Notes under the pieces: model-generated
Seen by the model: the letters and a program-made list of their open reading frames with translations, nothing else
Databases searched by the model: none
What the model was told of the DNA's origin: nothing
In this document: piece after piece, positions 31,296 to 47,773 of the stretch
Position numbering within the stretch: the first letter of the stretch is position 1
Layout of the letters: every line of letters begins with the position of its first letter
From: Eledone cirrhosa
Taxonomy: Eukaryota
Direction of reading: 5' to 3'
Length of the DNA stretch: 64,000 nucleotides
Assembly: GCA_964016885.1 (NCBI GenBank)
Contig: OZ024740.1
Location: 265,236,001-265,300,000, forward strand
Program-made: the position numbers and the translations under genes

Positions 31296-31335
<40 letters not shown>

Positions 31336-31908
31336 AATATCGTTTTTTACAAAAACAATATAAAAAAATTATAAAGATAGGTGGAGAAGTTAAACCAAGC
31401 TCAAAATAGAGTTATTTATTATAAAAGCAATACAATAGGCGATGTATCAAACCACTTTGGAAGAATTTTCCATAAAGGTCTGTATATAAAATCCTATTGC
31501 GCTAAAAATAACAATTACACTAGAAGCAAATTATTCATTAAAATAGACACCGAATACATTAATACATTAAATGATGATTTATGAACATTTGACCCCTCCT
31601 GGGACTTTTCAAAACCGGTTATTTAATAATTGTTTCTACTTTAGGCACAAGGCCAGCAAAATAAAGCCTCGATATAATCTGACCAAAGCAATCAAGAGCC
31701 ATCAGTTACAGAGAATGTTTACATTTTTTTTTAATGGAAATTATGAAATACAACGTCAAAACACCCTAGCACATTACTATAAAACTAATTTAAAAAAAAA
31801 AATGTTATATGATAAATATAAGAAGAGAAATATATAAGCTTGATAAAAACTGATGAAAAATATTATAAAAGATAAGGAAAAATAGACATAAACGAATACA
31901 TAAACACA

Positions 31909-32929
<1,021 letters not shown>

Positions 32930-32979
32930 CCAATATAGATATATACATACATGAATATATATATCTACATACATACATT

Positions 32980-33750
32980 CACCTCTATTAAACTTAGAAA
33001 CTTCCCGCCCCCAAATATTGCAACAATTTTCTAAAAAAGCTAGATTTAACGTTAACTTATTAAGAATTATTATATTAAGAACTAGAAAATCCAAGTGCAT
33101 GCCGATAAAACAGGGTATATCTATAACTTAGATTATGAACAATGCCATCAATTTATTTATAACGAACTCTTTAAAAATTATAATATTACTAATCTTGATG
33201 ATATTAATAGACAGGGGAAGTTATTGCTAAACAATTTGACTTAGAAAAATATACTGAACCTTTTACACCTAGAACACATAGATTTAATCTGAAGGATCAT
33301 GAAATAGATTTCCAAAATAACCCTACTATAAGACTAAATTGTCCCTCCACTTCGGATATAGGTAGACTAAGTAAAAGAATATTTGACAGAATAAACGCTC
33401 AAATAAAGAATAAAATAAGGTTAAGTCTGATGTTATCCTTTGGTTCAAAAACTTATATAATTGTAGCAAAATAAGGTTCTTACAATTTGATAAAAATAAC
33501 TATTATGCTTCTATCTCTCCCCCTCTTGATAAAGTTCTATCATTTGTTGCTGATCTTACTCTCATTACTCAAATAGAAATAGATATAATTTTATTAGCTA
33601 GAAGAACTATGATAGAATTTAATTGGGATCTATGGACAAGGAAAGATCATCCGAATAACTTTGATCTCACTATGGGTTCCAGTGACTCGCCCCAAGTGAC
33701 TGATTTGGTTGGATTATTTATTCTAGATAAGCTTAAGGCCAAATTTCCTG
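32980..33750 (+). mobile_element. Hydra-like PLE RT fragment
   Basis: LKDHEIDFQNNPTIRL, SDIGRLSKRI and FDLTMGSSDSPQVTDLVGLFIL parallel the element at 54800-56897. Confidence 0.8.
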
Positions 33751-33884
33751 CACCTTCAGCAGCTCATCTTAAGTACATACATAAATATATACAAACATAT
33801 ACACTCACACACATATATATTATATACACGTGTGTGCGCGCGTGCTCGTGTGTGTGTGTGTGTCCACGTGTGTGTTTTTATATT

Positions 33885-34220
33885 TTGATCCTCTGGAGGA
33901 CATTTGTCCTCAACCACCGGTACTATTTCTCTCAGCTAAGCTCAACTCAAATATTCAAATAAACTGCAAAACTTGAAACAATCCAACGAACTTATCCTCA
34001 ATGAAGGAGATGAACATCTGGGAGAAGATGAATCAATTAAAACACTACTTACTGGAGCGAAGACAGTAGATATGCACTGATATCTGCTATATAAATGGCA
34101 ATTTCTGTCTGTGTATCTGTGTATAACCAGTTGTTGCCTACACCAATGATCTGATCCTGAGGAAACTTTACTAATATTTAAAAACAGGCTTGACGAATTG
34201 GATTTCAATAAAAATCAATA
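33885..34220 (+). mobile_element. CR1/L2-like LINE 3' fragment
   Basis: WRTFVLNHRYYFSQL..KLETIQR and FKNRLDE. Confidence 0.55.
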
Positions 34221-34446
34221 ATGGAACCGCTCGGAACATCTTTACAGAGGTGGAAAGAGAAGACGTTTCAGTGAGAGTGGGGAAAGAGAAGATACTAATA
34301 CTGTATGTTAAACCCTACCTCCCACTACTCACCTATCTACTCCCACAATTTAGTTTCCAAAACGAGGCAACAACTTGTTAGAAATATACATAAATATATT
34401 TCAAACAAAGCAGACGACAATCTAATTTATGTTTGAAGACTGACAG

Positions 34447-34950
<504 letters not shown>

Positions 34951-35652
34951 AGTTATAAAAAAGTGTGATGGTCAATGACCTGGAAGTTGGCTTACAATGA
35001 GATTAGTCCGAAGAATAAAACCCAAATCGTATGTTGATGAATACCCGTACTCCCGGCATGTTAATTGTAACATGACGTCTTTGAGAGTAGAGTTTATTTT
35101 GTCGATATTTCGAGGTGTCGGATCGTGGGAAGATTAACACAAATTAAGAAGATATAACTTCTCTCCCATTATTGACACTTTGCAACAGTGAACGTTACAA
35201 GGCCCTCCTTAGGTTCAATACCTCTGATTGTTTATCCGACTTATTATGGTGCGTTTTCTCGTGTTATGTCTACTATAGGGGGTAAAATTGTATGGTTTTG
35301 TTGAATTACTTCAGTCATTCAAAGGGTTTACAAACGGTGATATACAGGGTGCTTGAAAAGTAACTGAATATGTTCACTCGGTTATAATTCATTCAATAAT
35401 TGCGATGACTTCCTCAATTTTTATTTGTTTGTTCTTGAGCGCTAAGGCAGTAAGTTTGCTATTCTTATACAGAAGTTTGTTGAATAAGTTCGATACTTTT
35501 CGAGCTCAAACTTCCCCGTCTTATTCACTTTGAATGAAGAAAGCTGGATGGAAGAAGGACTTATGACTTAAATACCTATTAATAGTTCCACACAAAAAAT
35601 TCACCTTTCCCGGGTATTACCGAGTACTGCAGCTAGTATGTATGTGTGTGTG

Positions 35653-35740
<88 letters not shown>

Positions 35741-35743
<3 letters not shown>

Positions 35744-35947
35744 CGTTTCTGAATTTGTTTAGCAGGATTCTTTATCTGATATCGTGTGTTGAAACCGATA
35801 TTGTTATACTTTGGGAGGGTCATGTTGCCAATAAGAAACACATGCACCAGTTGCTTTCATTTCAATTTATTATAATAAATTGAAGTGAAAGCAGCTGGTG
35901 CGTGTGTTGCTTATTGGCAACATGACCCTCCCAAAGTATAACAATAT
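35741..35947. mobile_element. Family A terminus: 150-bp palindrome (35798-35947) plus tail
   Basis: Centre 35872/35873; same sequence as 37501-37630. Confidence 0.85.
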
Positions 35948-35997
35948 ATATATACACACACACACATACTAGCTGCAAGACTCGGTAATACCTTTAG

Positions 35998-36029
<32 letters not shown>

Positions 36030-36058
36030 ATATGTATATTATATATATATGTGTGTGT

Positions 36059-36183
<125 letters not shown>

Positions 36184-36185
36184 CA

Positions 36186-36265
<80 letters not shown>

Positions 36266-36268
<3 letters not shown>

Positions 36269-36866
36269 ATGATACCATCGCTTTCCTCTAGCCATGGGGC
36301 TTGGAGACATGAACCGAATGCTACCATTCTATGTTATTTCAATTTGAACTACTATTTCTAATAGCCATCTTTTCAGCCCTTGATAATTTGTGTGTGACAC
36401 GTTGGCCTAGGGCTTCTGACAGGAACTAACGATTGATTCTTTTTAGTTCCCGTCCCCACGTAAAATTTGTAAATCAGTGGCTAGTTGAGAGATAGAGTCC
36501 CATCGGGTGCCAGTTGCTAATAGCTTTACCGTGTCGGTTGTAACAAACAGTCATGACCGGCATGGGCCGGTGTTTGGATTATGTCGATCGATTGGTTATT
36601 GATTAGGTGATACCCGCTGATGAAGCCGCATACGCCGATTGTGCATTGTTGCATAATATATGCAGACAGATGGTGCAGTGCACCTTACTGTGCATCAGTG
36701 CGGCAGAAACTCGAGTCTGGGAACCTCATAGGCACCCGTTTTACGTGTGTTGTGTTGAGGCAAATAACTATGTGTATACTCTGGTAATGTATCTTACATT
36801 ACCCATTGAGTGCGCTGAGATACAACTGGTACTGGAATTGATAAATATGCTGGGTCCGTCAACCCT

Positions 36867-36870
<4 letters not shown>
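36266..36870 (+). mobile_element. Family B non-coding element between (TA)n tracts
   Basis: Homology to the other two family B copies. Confidence 0.85.
36613..36721 (+). ncRNA. Type-I hammerhead with extended stem II (family B)
   Basis: CCCG, CTGATGA 36617-36623, GCCGCA/TGCGGC, GAAAC 36706-36710, TCGA, GTC 36715-36717, TGGG. Confidence 0.8.
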
Positions 36871-36946
<76 letters not shown>

Positions 36947-37060
36947 ATATATACCTTTCGATATATATATATATATATACATATATATACATATATATAC
37001 ATATATATGTATACATATAAAATATATATATATATATTTATATATATATATATATAAATG

Positions 37061-37092
<32 letters not shown>

Positions 37093-37096
37093 TACG

Positions 37097-37191
<95 letters not shown>

Positions 37192-37208
37192 ATACATATA
37201 TATATATG

Positions 37209-37295
<87 letters not shown>

Positions 37296-37465
37296 TTCAA
37301 ATATATATACAAATTTCCCTGTATTATTGATAACGCAATATATATCTCTCTCTGGTGTGTTACCTTCTAAACATATTGTATTTTAAAGAGCTCAGGATCT
37401 CTTCTCCTTTGAGCACATTATTTACAGGGAATAACGACGGCCTATGCCTCCGTTAATTTATGATG

Positions 37466-37501
<36 letters not shown>

Positions 37502-37723
37502 TTCGTTTCTGAATTTGTTTAGCAAGATTCTTTATCTGAAATCGTGTGTTGAAACCGATATTGTTATACTTTGGGAGGGTCATGTTGCGAATAAGAAACA
37601 CACGCACCAGCTGCTTTCACTTCAATTTATTATATATTTATAAATTTACACATTTATAAATTTATAAATTAATAAATTTCTGGTTGGTTGGTTGGTTCCA
37701 CAACCAGATAGTTGTTTATATAT

Positions 37724-37768
37724 AGTCATAGTTCTTTCGTCACACACTCTGTGACCTCTTCAGTGACA
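37724..37768 (-). ncRNA. Minimal type-I hammerhead (family A)
   Basis: Mirror of 38998-39042. Confidence 0.75.
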
Positions 37769-38997
37769 GGGGATTCCTTTCTTTGTTTCTGTGCCTCTCC
37801 TTTGTTCTGTCCTACGCCATTTTGTTTCTGTGTGTGTGTTGTGTGCTCAGTCTGCGCATGCGCCACATCCGGGTGTCTGTGTGTGTTTATGTTCATTTAT
37901 CTATTTGTTTATTTACATGGTTGGTTGGTTGTTCTATGTGTGTGTGTGTTTTCATTTTGTCCTTAATTGTAAGTTGTGATGTTGCTGTTTCACTCATATT
38001 TTCTATTTAATTTTGGTTGTAATTCTTTTATGTTTATTGCCTCTGTAATTTGTCTAAACATTGCGTCTTTTCTGTGTGTAGATTCTATTTTTATTTCTAT
38101 GTTCTCTAATTTACCCTTGTGTTCTATCTTAGCATGTTGATAGAGTACAGATGATTCTTTATTATCTTGAAGGTCTCGCCAGTGTTCATTTATCCGTTCC
38201 CCTACACTACGAGCTGTCTCAGCTATGTACACTATATTTTGGTTTTTACATTGTCCTTCAGTACATCTTATGCTATACACTACATTTCTAGTTTTACAGT
38301 TAATATGAGGGCTTATTTTACAGGTTACACATTTCTTATCTATACATGAGGGTCTTTGAAAAGGGTATGTCTTGCTAATAAGTGTTTTTACAGAGGTACC
38401 TGGTCTTTCTACTATCTTAATATTGAGTTTATGTTAATAAGTTTATGTTAATACGCCCCCATATTAACTGTAAAACTAGAAATCTAGTGTATAGCATAAG
38501 ATGTACTGAAGGACAATGTAGAGACAAAAATATAGTGTACATAGGTGAGACAGCTCGTAGTGTAGGGGAACGGATAAATGAACACTGGCGAGACCTTCAA
38601 ATAATAAAGAATCATCTGTACTCTATCAACATGCTAAGATAGAACACAAGGGTAAATTTGAGAACATAGAAATAAAAATAGAATCTACACACAGAAAAGA
38701 CGCAATGTTTAGACAAATTACAGAGGCAATAAACATAAAAGAATTACAACCAAAATTAAATAGGAAATATGAGTGGAACAGCAACATCACAACTTACAAT
38801 TAAGGACAAAATGAAAACACACACACACATAGAACAAACAACCAACCATGTAAATAAACAAATAGATAAATGAACATAAACACACACAGACATCCGGATG
38901 TGGCGCATGCGCAGACTGAGCACACAACACACACACAGAAACAAAATGGCGTAGGACAGAACAAAGGGGAGGCACAGAAGCAAAGAAAGGAATCCCC

Positions 38998-39042
38998 AGT
39001 CACTGAAGAGGTCACAGAGTGTGTGACGAAAGAACTATGACT
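38998..39042 (+). ncRNA. Minimal type-I hammerhead (family A)
   Basis: AGTCA-CTGAAGA-G-GTCACA-gagtg-TGTGAC-GAAAG-aa-CTA-TGACT: 5-bp stem I, 6-bp stem II, 2-bp stem III. Confidence 0.8.
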
Positions 39043-39183
39043 ATATATAAACAACTATCTGGTTGTGGAACCAACCAACCAACCAGGAATTTATTAATTT
39101 ATGAATTTATAAATATATAATAAATTGAAGTGAAACAACTGGTGCGTGTGTTTCTTATTGGCAACATGACCCTCCCAAAGTAT

Positions 39184-39219
<36 letters not shown>

Positions 39220-39318
39220 CACAGGAACTGCGGTAAGGAACCAGATGGACCATAACGCACCAGAGTCCAGAAATAGCCGTCGAAACGGCTTGAGCTCTGC
39301 CGTCGGGGTCATACTTTT

Positions 39319-39659
<341 letters not shown>

Positions 39660-39671
39660 TATATATATATA

Positions 39672-39993
39672 TGGTAGATCCGAGAATGGTTAGCAACAAG
39701 CTCTGGCAGTGATAGCTGAACCAATCCTCGATCAGGACATCAGTGCGTAGTGCCAAATCTAGAATAAAGACCAGAGTAGGTAAACGGTTTGGATTCAAGC
39801 GCCCAAATACGTTAATATTCTGCCGTAACGTTCTTCGATATCAACATGGGATGGATGTAGATACTGTCAAGAACCACCTTGAAATCCTACTATCAAATAT
39901 CCCAGATTAGACCACAGCATGCCATGATCCACAAATATGAGCGGCTGCGCCAAACTCTCTTATGCACCAACGGCTAACCAAAGTAAATGTAGT

Positions 39994-39995
<2 letters not shown>
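39672..39995 (+). mobile_element. CR1/L2-like LINE 3' end
   Basis: DVDTVKNHLEILLSNIPD...AAAPNSLMHQ followed by (TA)n. Confidence 0.6.
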
Positions 39996-40029
<34 letters not shown>

Positions 40030-40273
40030 TATATATATAGAGATAGATAGATAGATAGATAGATAGATGGATAGATAGATAGATTCAGAGAGAGAGAGAG
40101 GGAGCGTGAGAGAGAGAGGGAGTGAAAGAAAGAAAGACAGAGACACACACTTACATAGACATACACACACATAGATAACGGTAAGTCTATATGATGCATA
40201 AAAATAATAACACTAGCACAAGTTCACACACACACACACACACACATATATATACATAATGTGTGTGTGTGTC

Positions 40274-40325
<52 letters not shown>

Positions 40326-40343
40326 GACACACACACATACATT

Positions 40344-40396
<53 letters not shown>

Positions 40397-40507
40397 AATT
40401 TGTTGACCACAGGGGAACGGGCAGGCGATTCAAGAATACACGCCTTGTCCGTTCCACTGTTGTTTCTGTTTGGATTGCCTTGGGAACGTAAGCTTATTAT
40501 ATCAGAA

Positions 40508-40582
40508 GCTGTCTGATGATGTCACGGCACTGGGTACACGGAATCGTGTGGCCACTGTCGTGATTGAAATATGTATCACAGC
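40508..40582 (+). ncRNA. Type-I hammerhead with long hairpin stem II (family C), within a short element at about 40397-40633
   Basis: GCTGT-CTGATGA-T-GTCACGGCA..TGTCGTGAT-T-GAAAT-atgt-ATC-ACAGC, followed by AATAAA and (TA)n. Confidence 0.8.
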
Positions 40583-40628
40583 ATTATCAATAAAGGACTT
40601 TAACATCTGAAACTACTTCGCATTTTCT

Positions 40629-40684
<56 letters not shown>

Positions 40685-40687
40685 TAT

Positions 40688-40980
40688 AGGAACCAGTAAG
40701 ACCCCATTATAAAGTTGTGTTTTCGCATGGTGCGGGTGAAATGAATTGTGCTTAGCGGAAAAGTCTGGATACGGCGTGGTAGGGTCGGAAAGTGCTCTAC
40801 TACGGGAGCAGGAGCTAGATAACGAAGGAAATGTGGTAAGGAACCAGGTGGACCATAACGCACCAAAGTACTCAATACTTGGGGTAGTAGAGTGGGTAAT
40901 AGGAACCAGTAAGACCCCAGTATTGAGTACTTTGGTGCGTTATGGTCCACCTGGTTCCTTACCACATTTCCTTCGTTATA
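40688..40980. mobile_element. Family H terminal fragments with an approximately 60-bp inverted repeat (40819-40878 / 40919-40978)
   Basis: Direct reading. Confidence 0.8.
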
Positions 40981-41382
40981 TATATATATATATATATATA
41001 TATGCGTATGTGTATGTATGTGTGTGGGGTAGTGTATCTGTCTGTAAATACATATATATATATATATTTATTTTTTGCTGGAACAATTTTGAAAAGAAGC
41101 TGTAGAAATTGATATGCATGTACGCCCAAGTAATGTTATATATAGATTTGTTACTCTGTATATCATGCGGCTACGTGCATACGTGAGCCGAGAATTTGCT
41201 TATGTGTGTATTTCTGAACTTGTAATAGTGTTATTATTTGTATGCATCATATAGACTTACAGTTATCTATGTGTGTGTATGTCTGTGTATGTGTGTGTCT
41301 CTGTCTTTCTTTCTTTCATTCTCTCTCTCTCACGCTCTCTCTCTCTCACGCTCTCTCTCTCTCTCAATCTATCTATCTATCC

Positions 41383-41442
<60 letters not shown>

Positions 41443-41685
41443 CTGTATGTGAGTCTATGTGCGTGTGCACGTGTTTGTGTGCATGAGTGAGTCTTTGTGT
41501 GTCTGTGTGTGTGTCTGTGGATGTGTGTCTCTGTGTGTGTGCGTGTGTGTGTGTATGTGTATAAGACAGTGTGAATTTTGTCTTTGTGTATATGCCTTAA
41601 TATGTTCCCTTAAGTGTTGAGAATCTATAAAAGCAAAATAGCACACACACACACATGCATGCAAGTACACACACAAATACACACA

Positions 41686-41756
<71 letters not shown>

Positions 41757-41896
41757 ATAATCATAACGCATACATAAACGAAATAAAAGAAGAGACAAAG
41801 AGCAGGGAAGCAAAGAATGGGACACTTAAGATAAATGGATGTTGTAATAATAGAAGAGGAAGGAGTAAAATAAGAAAGTGGAGGATGAGAAGGAGG

Positions 41897-42031
41897 AGAA
41901 GAAGAAGAAGAAGAAGAAGAAGAAGAAGAAGAAGAAGAAGAAGAAGAAGAAGAAGAAGAAGAAGAAGAAGAAGAAGAAGAAGAAGAAGAAGAAGAAGAAG
42001 AAGAAGAAGAAGAAGAAGAAGAAGAAGAAGA
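41897..42031. repeat. (GAA)n microsatellite
   Basis: Direct reading. Confidence 0.95.
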
Positions 42032-42559
42032 TTTTTGCCAAAGAACGATACGACGCTAACTATTTTTGACAATACCTATATTTTGGGTTTATTTTCTCTC
42101 AGTCGTTCGTTCATTGAGGCTTTCAATAGACCGATATACCGTTTCATCTTTTAACACAACAACAAAAGCAAAGGATAGCGAAGGAAAGACAGCGAACCAG
42201 TGAGAAGCATTGGAATTTTAGCACGATTTTCGCAAGCAGCGCAATTACTAGACAATAGAAAATAATTACTTTTCTCTCTTCTTTTGGCAAAACGTTTTTT
42301 CTTTCGTTGTTTTTATGGTTCTATACTTTATTTGCTTCTTGTTGTTGCATTATTTTTTATATATATATATATGTAGCATTTTGTTAGCGTCTTTGATTAT
42401 TTGTTTTATTGTACCGGAGAAAGAAAAATAAAGAAAAAACAAGAGGGTAATGCTAAGGAAAGGTGAAACTCTATGAAAAGAAAATACTTGCAATAAAACA
42501 GATGGTTTTCAACTATATTCATCTAAAATGATATGTGTTCGTATGCATTTTACATGTAT

Positions 42560-42597
<38 letters not shown>

Positions 42598-42753
42598 ATG
42601 TATGTAATACATACATAGAAACACGTACATATATTAATAGTTAATTATATATATGTTTGTAAATATATATATATATGTATATATATAAATGGCGTATAGC
42701 AATATTCAAGATGATTTTAGTTTAATTTATGCATATCTGTATATATATATGTG

Positions 42754-42788
<35 letters not shown>

Positions 42789-42860
42789 GTATCTTTCACT
42801 ATAAAATGTGAGATGGTATGAATACTTTCATGTACATAAATAAATATATATATATATGTG

Positions 42861-42900
<40 letters not shown>

Positions 42901-43334
42901 TCATTTTTTTTAAATGGTATAAAAGTCAAATAGAAAAATATGAGGAAAAATTATATAGAACTGTAACTTAGATATCAATTGCTTCTGTGAGAAACAATTT
43001 AGTTCGAGTTGGTTCTTTTAAGCATTTTTTCAATTTTTCTATAAAGTAATACATCTGCTTTGAGTGTTAGAAGTGATCTTTGATATGAAGCAACATAAAT
43101 ATTCACAAAACAATATATATAAATATTAAAATATCAGAGAAAATATGTTATATGGTGGACACTATTCATTCCAACAAGTCAAATTTAATAGCTTACAAGG
43201 AAGGCTGTTTTTATATATTATCGTAGTTATTTATCTTATAAACAGAACGCAAGATTAGAGAGCAGTCTGAAGCAGATCGTAATAAAGATGTTCTGTGTTT
43301 ATGATAAATAGATAATTTATTGTTGATTGTTAAT

Positions 43335-43620
43335 GTCTCTCCGTCTGTTCCGACGACGTGTTCTACTTGTGAAAACAACCGAACAGCTTCCTCGTGAAAT
43401 TAATGTGTGAATGCATATGCATTGCGTAAACACGTGTATCTTTAACGTTGTTCTCAAAGATATTCTGCGTAAAACATAGCTCGTACTTTATATACCAAGA
43501 ACAATTACGTTTGGTATGTGGTTTGACTGGGGCAACATGAAATTAAATGTCTTATCCAGGACGCAATCAAACGTACAACCATGCGATTCTGATGTGAGAA
43601 AGCTAACGACTAAGCCATGT
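43335..43620 (-). mobile_element. Diverged tRNA SINE
   Basis: Reverse complement begins CATGGCTTAGTCGTTAGC; body similar to 28440-28732. Confidence 0.55.
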
Positions 43621-44405
43621 ACTTTCACCGTCAAGAACGGAAATTTCGTATATTTGTTTGCAAGTTGATATTGATATTAAAACTTCAATTAAATCGTGTT
43701 CGTTTAAATAACATTAATTGCAGTTTATTTAATATTAAAGAGAAAATACATTCTTTTACTCTGTTTAGTTGTTGGAATGGTGTCATGCTGGTGGTCCAAC
43801 TTCAGGTAATTTAATGGAGCTGTTTTATGTGAACCATGTTACGGGACAAACACATCACACGCGTACACACACACACACACAGACACACACAAACGCAATA
43901 CAAATACACACGTGCACTATTTGTTACTAAGAAGAATAAAATTGTTGAGCTATTGTTGGATTGATCGAGCAAAGAATATTTTGCAGATGACTACCTTATG
44001 TATATTATATGTAACAAATACATAAGTACAATGCGTTGAGTACATTGATGTAGGCTATTTGCTTTACACCCGGTTTAGAATAGATTTATTATTTATCTGT
44101 ATGACGTAAAAATGTCTGAACCTTTTGCCACAAAGTAGGGAATCTGGCCTTAATACATTACCTTCAAATGCCACATGAAGTATGTGTACATGTGTGTGTG
44201 TATATTCGTATTTGGCTAAGCGTTTTTATACGTGCTTAGTTGGGGACAAAACTGACACCATATACACTGACTTTATCCACCGGTGTGTTGCGGAAGAGAA
44301 ATTCCGCAAAGATGAATCAGTTTTATAACCACCATATATAGCATTAACCATTCTTTCGTTTCCGCCCTCCTTTCAATCTTTCTATTTCTTTAATTTCTCA
44401 TTCTT

Positions 44406-44441
44406 TCTTCTGATGAAGGAATACTGTCCGAAACTTTAAGA
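44406..44441 (+). ncRNA. Minimal hammerhead (family D) in a PLE-type terminal remnant (about 44270-44539)
   Basis: TCTT-CTGATGA-A-GGA-atactg-TCC-GAAAC-TTT-AAGA; stem III degenerate. Confidence 0.6.
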
Positions 44442-44556
44442 CCCTTTTCCTACTATATCAAGAATAAAACTAATAATATAATATTTCTTCACCATATTGT
44501 GTCGTTTGTTTTGATATTTGTTATTTCGGTTTGCTTTTATATATATATATATATAT

Positions 44557-44870
<314 letters not shown>

Positions 44871-47013
44871 GTGTGTGTGTGTGGGTGTGTGTGAGTGCGT
44901 GTGTGTGTGAGTGTGCGTGTGTGTGTATGTATATATAGTATATTTGAAAAAGAGGGGAGAATGACTTCACTGGTGGTTGATTTTCTTTAATATTTCAAAT
45001 CTTTACAATAAGTCGTTGTTGATATTAGTCCTGGTAATTCCCTGTTAACTTCTGTGCAGAACATTAAGTCTTTGTAAACTCTCTGGAGAACTTTCTCAAA
45101 TTCGGTGCGATTTTCAAACTGTTCTGTTATATTGAAGATGTATACATACACATATATCAGAGGGTGAAGAAGATAGGGGCTATGGTTGTCTGGGAGTAGA
45201 ACGGTGTAAGAGAGTATGTACAGATGAAAAGATGTAATAAAAATAAAAAGATTAGATTTTTGTCAGTTTTTGAAGTTAAGATGGAATGAGAATGATATTG
45301 GGTTTTTGTTGGGATAGTCAGATTGTGATGGCCTAAATGACATTGGTTATTAAATTGATAAAGTTGAAAGGTAATAAAATATTGTAGTTTAGAAACGAGG
45401 AAGTATTTTTAAGCTAAGAGAGGTTGGTTAAGTGATGGGGCTTATTGCGATGGGTACAAGACCAAAAGAAATTAATGAAATAAGTGTATTTATATCTTAT
45501 ATTTTTGAAAAAACTGTGCAAAGCTGGGTGGTTGGAGATGAAGGGTATAATTACAAATGGGAAATAAGAATCATGAACATTTGAAGGGAAAAGTAAACTT
45601 GTGAGAGTTTATATATAAATGAGGTGTAAATCAATATATATATATATATACTTGATGTTGCTGAAATCCATGTCAATCTTGAACAAGTAGACCTATGATT
45701 GTATGTATGTAATTATATATATATATACACACATATACGATCATAGAACTACGTGTTCAAGGTTGGCATGGAACTCAACAACATCAAGAATAAAAACAAC
45801 GAAACGTACTAAATACAAGAGGAAACATTATGTGAAATAACTAAGCGCCCTCTTATTACTTGCTTTTTCGTTTTTGTTTTATTCAGAATTGGTTGCTATT
45901 TCTTCGTACGTATTTTTATGCAATTAATTATCCAACAGCCTCGTTTTATCTTCAATTATTCCTGAATTCTTTATATAACATTTATCACAGTCCACTTGGA
46001 TGAATTTGTTTGTTGTTGTTTTTTTAGATTTAACATTTATGATTTCTTTGTTAAAGTATTATGTAGCGATTCGTGCAATTCATGGTAAAGTAATGCAAGT
46101 TGTTACCGCCAGAAAGCAAGACACATTATCGGATGAATGTCTGCGTTAAAAGAACGGAAATATCAAAAATTAACCCGGAATCTGTGACTTCTTGTTTTCA
46201 CACGACTTTAAAGTTAGCTTCCGACGACTCATGTGTCTCTCCTCAATAATGAAAGTTCTGAATTTTTAATTGCAATACCTATACATTAACGTCACAATTT
46301 TCGTACTTTTATTTTGCTTGTTAAAATTGTAGCCGAAACAGTGGCGAAAACTTGAGGTCAAGAGGTAAGAAATTTTTAAACTGAAATTTCGCTTCAGTTT
46401 CGGTCTAAGGTTATAGCTTTCACATTTCACCTTCATTGACAATTCTACATTGAAAGGATAAGCACAATCGCCAACATATTCCATGATTATGATATTAGCT
46501 ATAAAGAATTTGAGAAGAATAAAATAAAAATTAAAATCATTTCATATAATCGGTAAAATGACGTATTTTCGCACACACACACACACACACATAGTAAGTC
46601 TCTGGTTCAATCGAGGGGTTACGTAAGGTACTCAGTTCATTAACAAAATGAATATAACAAAATTTATTATAGAAATGACTTCTACAGGACCAGAAATGTT
46701 TCATTCAAATGAAATCATCAGAGACACATAATACATGGGTATCTCCGAATCAAATATTTTCTGTTTATATTTACGTAAACAGGCCATTGAAATATTTATA
46801 GTGTTTTGCAACAATAAAATGTTAAAGGAACATCACCTGCCCGGTTCCCTGATATTTTAATCAAACTAATATCTAAATCCGATCCCGAAACCACTCACCG
46901 TATTAAACATCAACGATGGATGAGTTGCGTAGAGATGGGTGTTTTTCCTACTATTACATCATATTTAAACGTACGGAATGACCAGTTCTATCCAGTGGTG
47001 ACTCACATAAATG

Positions 47014-47050
<37 letters not shown>

Positions 47051-47398
47051 ATTTATTATGTATATACAAATATGAATGTGTGCTTGTGTGTTTGATTTTG
47101 TGTATGTTTGCACGTGCGAGGATGGGTGGGTGTTACGCGTATCAATACAATTCTCTCTCTCTCCTCCTCCCAACTTTAAAGACCGTAAGGTTCTTCGTCA
47201 AAATATTTTAGTTTCACCACTCATACATGGAAGTAAAACAAACTGGTCATATATATATATATAAATACACAGAGGTATCCACTGAAAGTAGTGGGGTCCC
47301 GTCTGCATGAAGAACTCAATGTAATCCATATGTTGAAAATGTTGTAGGTTAAAATAAATCCCGGAAAACAATAAAACATTAACAGGAAAACAGACATG

Positions 47399-47748
47399 AT
47401 ATAAGTTAACACAATGAAATAAAAAATCAAATCATTAGAAATATACTTCACTGCTTTACAATCGTTTCTAGGTGATGATAATACGTCGTAACTATACTTC
47501 GTTATCGATCTATGTAATGTTAGTTACAAAATATCAAATAAGGAAAATATGTACTTACATGCATATCACCAGCTGTTGTCAAAAGCAATATAAGTAAATA
47601 TTTTCCTTATCTGATATTTTGTAACTAACCTTACATAGTAGGATAACGAAGTATAATTACGATGTATTATCATCACCTAGAAACGATCGTAAAGCAGTGA
47701 AGTATATTTCTATGACTTGAATTTTTATTTCATTGTTTTAACTTATAT
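47399..47748. repeat. Diverged inverted repeat, arms about 160 bp
   Basis: 47399-47560 / 47590-47748; the right arm holds GAAAC-GATC-GTA. Confidence 0.8.
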
Positions 47749-47773
47749 ATATATATATATATTTATATATATA

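Larger units (their letters stand above)
37501..39190. mobile_element. PLE 3' portion (GIY-YIG plus terminal repeat) as a large inverted duplication
   Basis: Both arms encode CKTRN(L/V)VYSIRC..YI(G/A)ETARSVGERINEHW; arms about 37558-38308 / 38460-39190. Confidence 0.9.

Noticed and set aside
31380-31628. Possible GIY-YIG tail followed by a decayed hammerhead
   Set aside because: Too degenerate; core incomplete.
35343-35610. TACAGGGTG Tc1/mariner-like terminus (a CGAGGG terminus also lies near 46612)
   Set aside because: No partner TIR or clear transposase motif identified.
46690-46728. Minus-strand CTGATGA-tttcatttgaat-GAAAC
   Set aside because: No stem I pairing and poor stem III; probably chance.
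47611-47700. GAAAC-GATC-GTA hammerhead 3' half
   Set aside because: No matching CUGANGA or stem I partner found; at most a truncated motif.
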